Positions 28,232-41,260 of a stretch of DNA of 64,000 nucleotides are shown piece after piece (within the stretch, counting starts at the first letter, position 1; each line of letters opens with the position of its first letter). Origin of the DNA: Octopus vulgaris (taxonomy: Eukaryota); the NCBI GenBank assembly GCA_951406725.2, contig OX597817.1, positions 17,236,001 through 17,300,000 of the forward strand. The letters run 5' to 3'. Below the pieces are notes generated by a model. That model worked only from the letters and a program-made list of their open reading frames with translations. It did not search any database and was not told the origin of the DNA. A program made the translations under genes and the position numbers.

Positions 28232-28646
28232 ACTCTATTTTTTACTCTTTTACTTGTTTCAGTCATTTTACTGCGGCCATGCTGGAGCACCGCATTTAGT
28301 CGAGCAAATCGACCCCGGGACTTATTCTTTCTAAGCCCAGTTCTTATTCTATCGGTCTCTTTTGCCGAACCGCTAAGTTACAGGGACGTAAACACACCAG
28401 CATCGGTTGTCAAGCAATGCTAGGGGGACAAACACAGACACGCAAACACACACGCACATACATATATATATATACATATATACAACAGGCTTCTTTCAGT
28501 TTCCGTCTACCAAATCCACTCACAAGGCATTGGTCGGCCCGGGGCTATAGCAGAAGACACTTGCCCAAGATGCCACGCAGTGGGACTGAACTCGGAACCA
28601 TGTGGTTGGTTAGCAAGCTACTTACCACACAGCCACTCCTGTGCCT
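28232..28646 (-). mobile_element. SINE family A
   Basis: Full-length match. Confidence 0.92.
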
Positions 28647-29147
28647 ATTGTACATTTTAAATATCTTAAGACTTACTTTTTTTAACCAGAGACTATGTTG
28701 TCGGTCTAACTTGTGATCTTGAGTTAAATAAAGCTTTAATTTTTATCTATGTCATCCTTTTTATAAATATCCATATTACATCAACTTCTTTTTCTTTTCT
28801 GTGTAAGCTTGTCTATTTTTGACAGGATTGATGAATCAGGGCACTGGAAACAAAGGTAAATTATATTCTGGTTACATGCTTACAATTAGTGTGGAAATTC
28901 AACTTCAGGCAGACATCCAGTAAGACTACTTTCAATCATGCTTTTATCCTATCTGACTTTATATGCAATTGTTCAACATTATGTAAAACATCAAACAGTC
29001 AAATAACTAAAATTCCTTCTTATATTGTATGTAAATGAATTTACAACGTATGATCTACATTTCTTTCAAAATAAATGTGAGAAATGCAGAAATCTGACAC
29101 CTGAAAGATCAAGTATGGAAAGAATGCAAGGGAAAAATAAAAGTGCT

Positions 29148-29376
29148 TTAACCCTTTAGTGTTTAAACCGGCCATATCCGGCCCAAATATTCTATATGTT
29201 TTATATTCAAACTGGCCATATCTAGCCTTTCACACCTAACCTACAATGCCATTTTAAAAATAAACAATCACATCATTGAAACCTCAAAGCTATAAGATAA
29301 TGCTTGATTAATTCAAAATAATTTGAATAAAAAATATATTACATTTAACAGTGTAATCTGAATACTAAAGGGTTCA
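29148..29376. mobile_element. piggyBac-type MITE, same family
   Basis: TTAACCCTTTAGT ... ACTAAAGGGTTCA; aligns to 1882-2108. Confidence 0.8.
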
Positions 29377-30184
29377 AAAAAAGAAAAAAGAGTCTAATAC
29401 AATATTCAGGAAGCAGTTAATTCCTCATGCCACTAACTATTGTTCTTAATTAGCATTTCCAAACTGGGATTCCTTAAAACAAATGCTTCTACAAGAGGTC
29501 ACAAGGGTGTTAAAAATAGGGATATATAAGTTAATTGTTTGTAAATGCATTTCTGAGTAATTTTTGTACTTCATTTTTATCTGTATTTGTAATTTCATTA
29601 ATCATGCATGGCATATTCCCCAGTGTAGGGAAATCCTGACATCTGTAGGTAAGTAGATGAGCTTGCAGGAAACAAAATTATTTTATAATTGAAAATTGTA
29701 GGGGAATTTGATCTAAACACCCATCTTGGTAAAGTCAAAATTTCTTAAACCTTCTTTGTGTCGTTTGCTAAACACTTCAAAAACAGTTTTATGGTTATTT
29801 TTAATTGCTTAAAAACTTTATGAAAGAGAAAGAAAAATATTAATATGAATATAAGTGTTGGGGCACAATGTGTAAAGGAGATTGGAGGATACAGACTAGG
29901 CACAGTGGTTAGGAAAATAGATGGTAATGGGATTTGAAGGTATAGAATGGAAAATAGGTGTGGGGGGGAGATGGATTCACATAGAAAATCAATAGGCGAG
30001 GGGGGGGGATATGAGCACTAAGTCTGCAAGAAAAATCAAGTCTTATGCGACATCACACATCACCAAACAACATGGTCTTCACTCATCTCTTTCATCAGAC
30101 GTAACATCTTGAGACCACTTCACTGTCTCATCCCAGGTCTTACTTGGTCTCCCATATCCACAGGTACCATTCACTTTGAGCACT

Positions 30185-30825
30185 CATCATCATCATCATC
30201 ATCATCATCGTTTAGCGTCCATTTTCCATGCTAGCATGGGTTGGACGGTTCAATTGGGGTCTGGGAAGCCAGGAGGCTGCGCCAGGCCCAGTCTTATCTG
30301 GCAGTGTTTCTACAGCTGGATGCCCTTCCTAACGCCAACCACTCCGAGAGTGTAGTGGGTGCTTTTTATGTGCCACCAGCACAGGTGCCAGACGAAGCTG
30401 GCAAACGGCCACGATCGGATGGTGCTTTTTATGTGCCACCTGCACAGGTGCCAGACGAGGCTGGCAAACGGCCACGATCGGATGGTGCTTTTTATGTGCC
30501 ACCTGCACAGGTGCCAGACGAGGCTGGCAAACAGCCACGATCGGATGGTGCTTTTTATGTGCCACCTGCACAGGTGCCAGACGAGGCTGGCAAACGGCCA
30601 CGATCAGTTGGTGCTTTTTATGTGCCACCTGCACAGGTGCCAGACGAGGCTGGCAAACGGCCACGATCGGATGGTGCAGGTGCCAGACGAGGCTTCGGAT
30701 GGTGCTTGCCACCTGCCACCGGCACAGGTGCCAGTCGGGGCGGCGCTGGCAACGGCCACGTTCGGACGGTCCTCTTACGTGCCACCGGCACTGGTATCTC
30801 AGCTACAATTTCCATTGATGTTGAA
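30185..30825 (-). mobile_element. Family D element with five full plus partial 63 bp units
   Basis: ggtgc recurs at 30358, 30421, 30484, 30547, 30610, 30673; (CAT)n tail at 30185. Confidence 0.85.
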
Positions 30826-31314
30826 AGATTTCGAAATATCGTTTGTTCCACTTCAGCTGCTGTGGATACTTTCCCCCCTCATTGTAAGAAAGCATCACAG
30901 CATCATCTAATAGATAAGCTCAAAGCTACAAATCTACAACAGCAGTAACAACAATACCAAAATAATACCAAAAATACAATCTAAAACAACCACAAGAATC
31001 TCCAGATTAAAAGCAAAACAACGGCAACATGAACAAAATAAGCAAAAAGCATTATATTAATACTTCTATTTTATTTATTGTAATCCTAATACATTATTCC
31101 ATAGCTAGTGTTGTGGAAAGAGTAGTAACTGATATAACTCTGAATGTATTCTTAAGTTAAAATATAATCATATCTTAAACCTTTTTAGATCAGAAACTTA
31201 GATAGAAAGAGCTCTGGTCTAAAGAATTTAGTTAAGTTTTATAGATCAACATCCAATATTGAATTTTCTCTTACACTATATATATATGTACGTATGTATG
31301 TATGTGTGTATATA

Positions 31315-31690
31315 GCTTTTATCTTTTAGTTGTTTCAGTCATTGGACCACAGCAATTCTAGGGTACTGCCTTGAAGGATTTTAGTCAAATGAATCAACCC
31401 TAGTGAAATTTATTCTATTGATCTCTTTTGTTAAACTGCTAAGTTACAGGGACATAAACAAACAAACACTGGTTGTCAAACAGTGATGGGGGACAAACAC
31501 AAAGACACACACACACACACACCATATATGACAGGCTTCATTCAGTTTCTGTCTACAATATTCACTCAAAAGGCTATGGTCAGCCTGAAACTATAGTAGA
31601 AGACACTTGACCAAGGTACGATGCAGTGGGACTCAGTTCAGACCCATGTGGTTGGCAAGCTTCTTATCACAAAGAACCACATCTACACCT
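31315..31690 (-). mobile_element. Older family A-related SINE
   Basis: Diverged collinear match. Confidence 0.75.
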
Positions 31691-32187
31691 CTTACACACC
31701 CATCATCATTTTAATATCCACTTTTCCGTATATCAGGTAGAATTCATTGATGTAGTCTTTCTACAGCTGGATGCCCTTCTTGTCACCAACCCTCACCTGT
31801 TTCCATGCAAAGTAATGTTACCCCATGGCCAGACAGATTTTTGCAGAATACTGGCAATGAATGACACCACACCTGTATAGCAGTGACATTTATTTACAAA
31901 TATCATGTGATATCAAGACACAGAGACACACACACACGCATATGCAACAGGCTTCTTTCAGTTTCCATCAACTCACAAGGCTTTAGTTTATGCATGGCTG
32001 CAATAGAAGACACTTGCCCAAGGTGTCATGCAGAGAGACGGAACCTGAAACTATATGGCTAGGAAGCAAACTTCTCAACCATACAGCCATCTTAATGAGT
32101 GTGGGGACTTTACTCATCTATCAAAGAGTACAGCAGCTTTCTTTCTTTCTCTCTCTCTCTAGATATATATATATATATATATATATC

Positions 32188-32444
32188 GTGCCGGTGACAC
32201 ATAAAAGCACCATCCATTCGTGGCCGTTGTGCTAGCTCTGTCTGGCACCTGTGCAGGTGGCACGTAAAAAACACCCACTACACTCGCGGAGTGGTTGGCG
32301 TTAGGAAGGGCATCCAGCCGTAGAAACACTGCCAAATCTGACTGGGCCTGATGAAGCCTTCCGGCTTCACAGACCCCAGTTAAACCGTCCAACCCATGCT
32401 AGCATGGAAAACGGACGCTAAATGATGATGATGATGATGATGAT
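32188..32444 (+). mobile_element. Family D element with one unit
   Basis: Same 3' part and (GAT)n tail. Confidence 0.85.
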
Positions 32445-32449
32445 ATTAT

Positions 32450-32789
32450 AGGCACAGGAGTGGCTGTGTGGTAAGTAGCTTGTCTACCAACCACATGGTT
32501 CCGGGTTCAGTCCCGCTGCGTGGCACCCTGGGCAAGTGTCTTCTACTATAGGCTCGGAGTGGATTTGGTAGACGGAAACTGAAAGAAGCCCGTCGTATAT
32601 ATGTATATATATATGCGTGTGTGTGTTTGTGTGTCTTATGTCCCCATTACTTAGCGGTTCGGCAAAAGAGACCGATAGAATAAGTACTGGGCTTACAAAA
32701 TAATAAGTCCCGGGGTCGAGTTGCTCGATTAAAGGCGGTGCTCCAGCATGGCCGCAGTCAAATGACTGAAACAAGTAAAAGAGTAAAAG

Positions 32790-32793
<4 letters not shown>
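32450..32793 (+). mobile_element. SINE family A with internal deletions
   Basis: Match with two deletions; about 110 bp from the exon donor at 32900. Confidence 0.9.
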
Positions 32794-32828
<35 letters not shown>

Positions 32829-32900
32829 TATATATATATATACATACACACACACATCTTTTCCATCATTATTATTCAAATATTTATCAAATTATTTTAC

Positions 32901-32981
32901 CTGCTGCTTGTTGAAATTGCTCACATATTCATCAAATGTTTGATCTGTGGTTCGTGCAGCTTTTCCAAGGTTTTGCAACAC
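32901..32981 (-). CDS. Amph: Amphiphysin/BIN1-family N-BAR gene, internal coding exon (equivalent to exon 2), VLQNLGKAARTTDQTFDEYVSNFNKQQ
   Basis: 81 nt phase 0/0 exon with pyrimidine tract + tag acceptor and CAG|gtaaaa donor. Peptide resembles human BIN1 [26 protein letters not shown] and fly Amph ILQNLGKVDRTADEIFDDHLNNFNRQQ (recalled, not searched). Not in the ORF track. Confidence 0.93.
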
Positions 32982-33146
32982 CTATAGATAAGAATAGAGA
33001 AAATATAAGAATTATTTTACACACATACACATATAACATAATAATGTACTACTACAACTCCTTGTAACTAGCTGGTTTCATGTCCCTTCTGCAAAATCAC
33101 TCATTTTTTCTCTCTCTCTTCCATGTCCACCCACTTGTTCTATCCC

Positions 33147-33338
33147 GCGTAGCCGTATTTCGTCCGCCGTTACGTTCTGAGTTCAAATTCCGCCAAGGTC
33201 GACTTTGCCTTTCATCCTTTCGGGGTTGATAAATAAAGTACCAGTTACGCACTGGGGGTCAATGTAATCGACTTAATCCCTTTGTCTGTCCATGTTTGTC
33301 CCCTCTGTGTTTAGCCCCTTGTGGGTAGTAAAGAAATA
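33147..33338 (+). mobile_element. SINE family C, 5'-truncated
   Basis: Matches the 3' part of 15835-16066. Confidence 0.88.
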
Positions 33339-33635
33339 GATATTGTAATAGCCGTCTGAAATTCCCTTTAAATAGATGTTGGCTTCTAATTGTTCAAGTG
33401 GAACATCAACTATATTGAATCTACCATCTCAGTGAGAGGACAGATTTAATCCTGTGAAGGCATGCATGAGCACTGCCCTCTTCTCCAGACCAATTTGATA
33501 AAATAAGACATTAAAACATTTTTTACACAGAAGTGTATTTGCATATTTAGAACAGTGTTACAGTAGGACAAAAGACTGGGATTACAGACTGGAATCTTGG
33601 CAGCAAAGAGAGAAATCAAACTGACTGCAGTGACA

Positions 33636-34033
33636 TCTTTATATATAAAAGTGAAGTTGTGTGTCTGTCTCCTATGATTTAGATTCCTAACTACTCCCAC
33701 ATTTTGCGGTGCAGTTTAACCAAAACCGGGTATCTTATAGTCATGATTCATATCGAGCCTGTCTGGGTATTAGCGCGCGTCTATGATGAGTCTACGATTT
33801 AAAAAAAAATTTACCATCATTTTTTTCCATTTTAATGCATTTTTTCGCAATTATATAAGGGAAGTAACTCTCTGAAAATGTCTACGATGAGTCAACGATT
33901 TAAAAAAAAATTTACCATAATTTTTTTTCCATTTTTAATACATTTTTTTACTATTTTTTGGTTATAACTCTCTAAAAATGCTTATATAGTTATTTCCCTT
34001 ACAAACCCGAGCAAAGCTGGATGACGATGCTAG
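33636..34033 (+). mobile_element. Non-autonomous Helitron sharing its 3' end with 6072-6443
   Basis: A|TC start, CTAG|T end, shared last ~100 bp, internal tandem duplication. Confidence 0.75.
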
Positions 34034-34801
34034 TATTTTATAAAAACCTTTCTTAGAGTTCATTTAATTCCTTTGCCATGATGCAGTGTAGTCATACAAA
34101 AAATGCTTCTTAGTTTACAGTGAGTAAGCAAATTTGCTGGTATGAATATTTTAAAAATTTAGGATACCAAATTGTGATAATATTTGATACAACATTACAA
34201 AGTAGTTTGAAGGAGTCTCTATTTAACTTGCTAGAAATGATATTCAAATCTCCTTCAAAAATCAAACATTATTATCTTGAAAGAGCATGAACACATAAGA
34301 TAATGCATTCTGAGACTCACTGAAAAAAAAAAAAAATAATAGAAAAGGCAATTGTCATAACTTAAATGACCTTTGATCAGAGGCTTGACCTGACATAGAG
34401 CAACAACAACAAAAAAATGTTGCAGAAGAAAGCTAAAAGCAATCCTGTAGGTTCCTAAAACTTTTAATTCAGAAAATCAACAATTTACAGAGTCATTGGT
34501 GAAACTAACACAAAGAACTCAAGTATTATACTTGCCCTAATGCTAACCACTTGTATTCAATTGCTAATGGAAAATAACAAAATTATAAAGTTTATATCAT
34601 TTTGAAATGTTAAATTCTTATGCCAAAGCCACAGGCATATAATTGATTGAATCAAACCTCTAGAATGGCAACTTCAGAAGGACAAAAGCTAAAGGTGACA
34701 GAGGCAAGATATGAAATTTAGATAATACTGTAATGAGGTTATTACCCGACTAAGTTGAAATCTTGTTAGAATCAACTTTGTTGTTAATATTTCTGGATAG
34801 A

Positions 34802-35010
34802 TGGCAAGCTAGCAGCATCATTAGCATGCTGGGCAAAATACCTAGCAGCATTTCGTTTGTCTTTATGTTCTGAGATAATTCCACCGAAGTTGAATTGCTT
34901 TTCATCCTTTCAGGGTCGATAAAGTAAGTACCAGAAGAGCACTGGAACCAATGGAGTCAACTTATCCCTTCCTCTGAAATTTCTGGCTTTGTGCCAAAGT
35001 TTGAAACCAA
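34802..35010 (+). mobile_element. Older SINE family C copy
   Basis: Diverged head and central domain, alternative tail. Confidence 0.75.
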
Positions 35011-37020
35011 TATTTCTGGTGTTGATAAAATAATTACAAGCAATGAACTATTTTAAAGTGTTGTTATTGGATGGTACCATTCAATTACAATAAAGTTATT
35101 TAGTTTGTTCTAGCCATCATAGCAAAGACCATGTTGAAGCAACGCCTTCATGTGCAGTAACCAGACAAAAATGATCTACACAAAAGATAGGATTTCTATT
35201 TTAACCTTTATACTAGTGTATTTCAGGCAACAGTATTATTGACTTTACAGGACTAACTTCACATTAGACATAGATTTGAAATTAGAATGATAATCTGCCA
35301 AACAGCATAATTGCAAAGCTTAACAATGAAATATGATTGTTTATTTTATTGTATCTGGCAATTTGAGTTTGATTAAATTCATCATTGAGTCAGTTTTAGA
35401 AAGTTGATTACTTTGTCAATAGAAAAAAAAAGTGTGTGTATGTGTGTGTATAAAACCTTATTTGGCTGCTCTTCAATTAATAATTCTCAACCAATAAACC
35501 ATTCTTTCTCCAATTGCCACGGATCATTTTACTGTCTGCATTTCACTACCATATAATATCATTCTTCCTATGTATTCTTATGTATAAAAGTAAATTATAT
35601 ATATATATGCTTCATATAATTTACCTTTTATACATATAAAGAAGCCCCTTTGCTACCAAAAACTATAAAATCTGCCTTTTTACCTCTTCAGTTCTCTTTC
35701 TAGTTGGACGAAAAGTTTGATATTAAAATTTTTTTACTCAACTCCTATGCACAATTCTCTATGACTATCTTTTCCACTAAACACTTAAGTCAAATCACTA
35801 TACCATACTAGTCACTGTTGTAAGTAATTAAATGTGATTGCATAGGAAGAAAACGAGGGTAACTATAATTGTTGAAGCAGAACAGATAATTACAAAAAAA
35901 AAACCAAAAGGAAATGAATCTTTCCTACTTGTTTCTATTTAGTCCTTATTCATGGCTAGCATGAAAACAATAAATATTTGCTTATAAGTAGAAATCACAC
36001 CTATGTTGAAATGGCTGATTAGTTTTCAGAGAACAGAAAAGGCTAATTAATTTGCTAGTGTACTGAGGCAGTGTTAACTGGTGCACTAATTATCATGATG
36101 CGTCAATCTACAAGAATCTCTCCAATTCTGACAAATACATAAGACTGGTCACACACAAATACCTAAGCATACCAGCAACACTTCCAAACACCACCACAAT
36201 AACACACAGAACTTACTATTTGGATGTAATGATGCTTGCAACTTAAGAAACTTGTGGAACAAGCTGTGTGTATAAAAGCTAATTCTAATAATAAGCATTC
36301 TATTACTATAAAGTAATGTTGATATCTATTTTCTGGCTAAATACATTAAAAGTAAAAATATGATGAAGGCTAAGTAAAATTAAATATTCTTTTTTTAAAT
36401 CATTAAACAAATTAGAAATAACAATATCTATATATATATATTGCTCACAAAGCTTTTTTTTTATCTATATAGAGGTGTGTGTGTGTGTGTGTGTGTGTTG
36501 GATGAGATAACAGTAGTGTAGTCTATAGTGTTGGTAGGTAAGAGCTGACATGAATACAAAAATAGAAATAAAATTCCAGAATGACCCTGCTTTAGAGATA
36601 AAGAGTTACTCCTGCAGTTTACGGCAGGAAAGTGGTCCCTTGGATGACAGATGGCTTTATTTCCAATCACTTCCTTTGAGTTACTCCAAGATTTATCTCA
36701 TTCCTAACTAATTTATTTCTTACTTGGATTTTTTCCTCTTCTAGGCAACTGAAAGTTCACAATATCACTGAATTGATTCCCTTCCTTGATCCATATTCGA
36801 AGCTGGATTTACGCTTCTGTTTGTGATAAATGCCAAGAAATTAAGACCATGACACATCAATTCATTTCATGTTACTCACTTCAGCTGTAATCTTTACTCA
36901 GACTTACAGAAATATGAAAATAGGACAAGCAACAAACTGAAAGAAACATGCTCAAATTTCCATACTAAAGCCCATATCACTGGTGTATATGTATTCTTAT
37001 GTATATGATTATGTACATAT

Positions 37021-37408
37021 GATGGAAGCACTCCATCGGTTACGACGATGAGGGTTCCAGTTGATCCGAATCAACGGAACAGCCTGCTCGTGAAATTAAC
37101 GTGTAAGCGGCTGAGCGCTCCACAGACACGTGCACCCTTAACGTAGTTCTCGGGGATATTCAGCGTGACACAGAGAGTGACAAGGCCGGCCCCTTGAAAT
37201 ACAGGTACAACAGAAACAGGAAGTAAGAGTGAGAGAAAGTTGTGGTGAAAGAGTACAGCAGGGATCACCACCATCCCCTGCCGGAGCCTCGTGGAGCTTT
37301 TAGGTGCTTTCGCTCAATAAACACTCACAACACCCGGTCTGGGAATCGAAACCGCGATCCTATGACCGCGAGTCCGCTGCCCAAACCACTGGGCCATTGC
37401 GCCTCCAC
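37021..37408 (-). mobile_element. SINE family B (tRNA-like head GGAGGCGCAATGGCC), tail type 1
   Basis: A and B boxes; 11 bp TSD tatgtacatat (37010-37020, 37409-37419). Confidence 0.92.
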
Positions 37409-38649
37409 TATGTACATATATGGATATGTATGTATAAAGAGAGAGAGAGAGAGATTAAACAAGCAATTTCAGGAAAAACGTATACATAGGTCACTGTTAT
37501 TGAAGAGAATTTACATGTGGTACTATATATAGAGCACTAAAGCAACAGGTTTCCAGTAACTACTAGAGCAAATCAACAATGGAGCTTCTAATCAGTCCCT
37601 GAGAAACAGCACATAGGTCTCTCTCAAATCATACCAAACTAAAGGAAAGAAGAATGCATTAACTGATATAGTCTGAAATACACAGAGCTTGAAACAATAA
37701 AAGGGTGGTGGGGACAGGGTAGTTATGGTTGGTGAATGCCTTTGTTGCTATTTAGCCTATGATCAACACTTGATCATAGGCTAAATAACAACAATAGCTA
37801 CAACTCAAATACCCTTTTCTCTTTCACCCCTATTCAAACTATCCTAATACCTCCAAATAAGTTCAGTACTTTACCCAAAACAGATAACAGTTTATAACAA
37901 AGATACAAATTAATCTCGCAGCACTCTAGCCAAGATGCCACCAACACAAGTGAAAACAGACAAACATCATGGAAACTGATAACTACTTTCACCGGATGGC
38001 TGTCTTTTTAACAAACACCATTTACCTTTCAAACTGTTACCTTTAAGAGTAGTTGCTGTCTTTTGATTGACTTTATACCCCACTTTCCATGTGGATGTAT
38101 GCTGAATCCTAAATACTTTCCATATTGAGCAAAATAACTGCATATCACACAAAGATAGCTTCTACATGGTCACTCAACCTGCCAGAAATATCAAAATCAC
38201 CATGGCCATATCCTACTATCTTAAGTGAAGGTAAAAGACACGTTACATAATGTCATTGATAGTCAGAACTAGAACACCTTTGATCATAAATCTGCTAAAT
38301 CAGAGATGATTTTAGGTTAAACAGCAACACACAAACATTCTCTTTGCAGATTAACACATCTGGATACATAGACTCTTGCTTTCACTCTCTTACATATATG
38401 GCCAACTACCTTACACACACACACATTTATACATATGCAGTGTGTTTCAGTGTGCTATTTCACTGTAGAAACACTGCCAGACCAGACTGGGCCTGGTGCA
38501 GCCTTCTGGCTCCCCAGACCCCAGTTGAACCGTCCAACCCATACCAGCATGGAAAGCGGACATTAAACGATGATGATATATATATAAATTAGAGAAGAAC
38601 CACCTTTTAGCAATTCAACAATGAAATAACAATGATATAATTAAATTAT

Positions 38650-38966
38650 GGAGGCGCAATGGCCTAGTGGTTAGGGCAGCGGACTCGCGGTCGTAGGATC
38701 GCGGTCGTAGGATCGCGGTTTCGATTCCCAGGCCGGGCGTTGTGAGTGTTTATTGAGCGAAAACACCTAAAAAAGCTCCACGAGGCTCCGGCAGGGGGTG
38801 GTGATCCCTGCTGTACTCTTTCACCACTTTTTCTCCCACTCTTTCTTCTGTTGGCCTGCTCGCTTAGCCAGCGGGGTGGCGTCATTCGAAGGCTAAAACA
38901 ATGCGAACGCATTGTGACCAGCGATGTGTAACTACATCTGATGGACTGGTCGGTCACGTGATGGTG
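38650..38966 (+). mobile_element. SINE family B, tail type 2
   Basis: Same head, different 3' half; 13 bp TSD ataattaaattat; 14 bp tandem duplication in the head. Confidence 0.92.
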
Positions 38967-39612
38967 ATAATTAAATTATACCATATAGAAAATTAAATAT
39001 ACGATAAAACATATATCAATAATTAAGTAAAGTACAAAATAATAAATAAAAAGTATACAATTATTAAAACTGCAAAAACATCACAAAAAACTGTGACTCA
39101 GAGTTTCCCATTCATCGGAGAGTTGTGATCAAAACAGGAATAAAATTGTGATAGTACATATATGATTTAGCATTTGAATTTGATTGGGTAACTTATTTTC
39201 GAAACATAAACGGTGTTGTATTTACTAACTGTTGGACAGGTTGGCAGGGTCTGTATAAATTGAACAGTGAAATATAAATATATCATATTATATATATAAT
39301 TTGAACTGGAGGCCTTCATATGCCCTCAAAAACTGAAGACGCTTTATACAAGCTTGCAGTAGAGAAATATAGAGTTCTTCATATGCTGTTTATGTTTACA
39401 TATGAGAGCTGCCAGTAAACATAACAGTGACCCCAACAATAACTGCATAAAACTGATGCTATGAGATTGATGTGTCTTCCCATGCCCACGGAGATATAAG
39501 TCACGCAGACAAACAAGTCTTTTAGTAATTTTCTTTCTGTTTAGGCCTTACAGGCATGAATAATTTGAATTATCTAAATAACATCTGTTTATTTATAAAC
39601 ATATTTTTATTT

Positions 39613-39674
<62 letters not shown>

Positions 39675-39901
39675 AAAGATTCTAACCCAATTGGTTTATA
39701 GCAAACAATAAAATATCTGTTTTTAAATATTTCACAAAACTGACAGAAGGGTGATATCCAGGGTAACATAATCATATCAAAACAAATATAATACCGTGTT
39801 TAGTAGATGGAGTATCTTCTATCCAGTATTCACTTCAGGGCATATTGGATAACAGTCCTAAATGCAATATATCTAGACACAAAAAGACTACATAGTGACA
39901 G

Positions 39902-40130
39902 TTGAACCCTTTCATTACTGTATTTATTTTGAGATGCTCTGTGTTTCTTTCAATTACTTTAAATATAACAAAGAATTTAGTAAAATAACTTAGTTACCAT
40001 TAAGCTAGTGTTAGGAGCATAAATTGTGACTAAGGTTTGGTGGAAGATTTTAATTCAAAACTTATAAAAACAAGACATTTGTACTCAGAGCCAGAGCCGG
40101 TTTCAGCCGGGTTGGTAACGAAAGGGTTAA
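39902..40130. mobile_element. piggyBac-type MITE, second family
   Basis: AACCCTTTCATTAC ... GTAACGAAAGGGTTAA terminal inverted repeats. Confidence 0.75.
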
Positions 40131-40547
40131 TCATGGATTAGCTTGGACAGGGCAGTCTGGAAGGTTAAACAACACCAAGTTCCCACACAATCCCTATTAC
40201 AACATGTACAATTGCTCACTAAATATCCATAACACTGCTACAACAACATGTTTCCCACTCAATCCAGGTTAACATAAACAAACACTCAAACAAACAAACA
40301 AACCCACAGCAGTAGCAGCCGTAACCACATTAGTTCTAAATACCACGCTAGATTGAACACTGCTAATGATATGTATAGAAGAGCAACAACTGTAATGCAA
40401 CAACCAAATCCTTGTTGCCTATCTCTGCTATGATCACCATGAGCCAAGACAGCCTCTAGACAGAAATAGCAATCAAATCTTCCTTAAGAATAATACTTTG
40501 AATGATGAAATTTGGATACATGTGGCCATGAGTCAACCTGTCTAGAG

Positions 40548-40767
40548 CAGTGGTTTTCAACCAGGGTTCCGCGGAACCTTAGGGTTCCGCCAGTACAGTC
40601 CAGGGGTTCTGCAAGAAGTTAAAAAAACTGCTAAAATCGGCAGTAATTTTAAATTTTCCTGTGCAGATATGTGTGCATAAGACTATTAAATTATTGCACA
40701 GGGGTTCCCCGAGCCAGTGGAATGTTTCCTTGGGGTTCCGCTCCAGCAAAAAGTTTGAAAAGCACTG
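40548..40767. mobile_element. hAT (Charlie-like) MITE
   Basis: CAGTGGTTTTCAA ... TTGAAAAGCACTG TIRs, perfect 8 bp TSD GTCTAGAG (40540-40547, 40768-40775), internal GGGTTCC repeats. Confidence 0.92.
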
Positions 40768-41029
40768 GTCTAGAGGTTACTTGGGATTGAGAGTTAAACA
40801 ACAACAGGCATATAAGACTGGATGTTAGAAAGGAGGGGGGAAAAAAACGTCTGAACTATTACTTGCACCCCACGATCTTCAAAATAGTAAGTATGTTTGA
40901 AGCAATGCATCTGTTGATTGCATCTAGGTTTTTGACTGACAACTTACATGGTTACAATCTGCTCAATCAAGGTTGACCAGGAACAAAATAACAACATTGT
41001 TCTGTTTCTCCAGGAAAAACATTTTTGTG

Positions 41030-41260
41030 TTTAGAAAGACTGTGTGATGTATAAGATGTTTAACACTAGATGGTAGTGAGATATGGACTTTGGGTACAAA
41101 AGAACTAAGAGGTTGAAAAGAAGTGAGATGAATATGATCAGTTGGATGTGCACCATTAAGTTAGATAAAAGGCCAAGTGCAAGTAAGCTGAAAATGTTGG
41201 AAGGTATTAAAGGTCACTATTTGATGAGTGCAGGTGAAGAAGTTCTATTGTTATGGATAT
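41030..41260 (+). mobile_element. RTE-like LINE ORF C-terminal fragment
   Basis: GSEIWTL then KRLKRSEMNMISWMC, similar to the RTE YGSE.W...E..MLR.M motif; frameshifted. Confidence 0.55.

Noticed and set aside
30241-30948. 235 aa ORF with 21 aa repeats, or a CRISPR-like array
   Set aside because: Units are contiguous 63 bp tandem repeats with no unique spacers, inside a dispersed repeat; ORFs open in multiple frames.
32345-32378. CTGATGA followed by a hairpin
   Set aside because: No GAAA or stem III; other family D copies read ctggtgca here.
36724-36860. Unique sequence ending in a gtaaga donor on the minus strand
   Set aside because: No ATG-initiated frame joins exon 2 in phase; a UTR exon cannot be supported without RNA data.
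38650-38740. tRNA gene
   Set aside because: tRNA-like head of a SINE with a TSD and 3' body; the cloverleaf is disrupted.
39330-39360. actgaaga...aagcttgcagt hammerhead-like string
   Set aside because: Stem II and GAAA are absent; too degraded to call.
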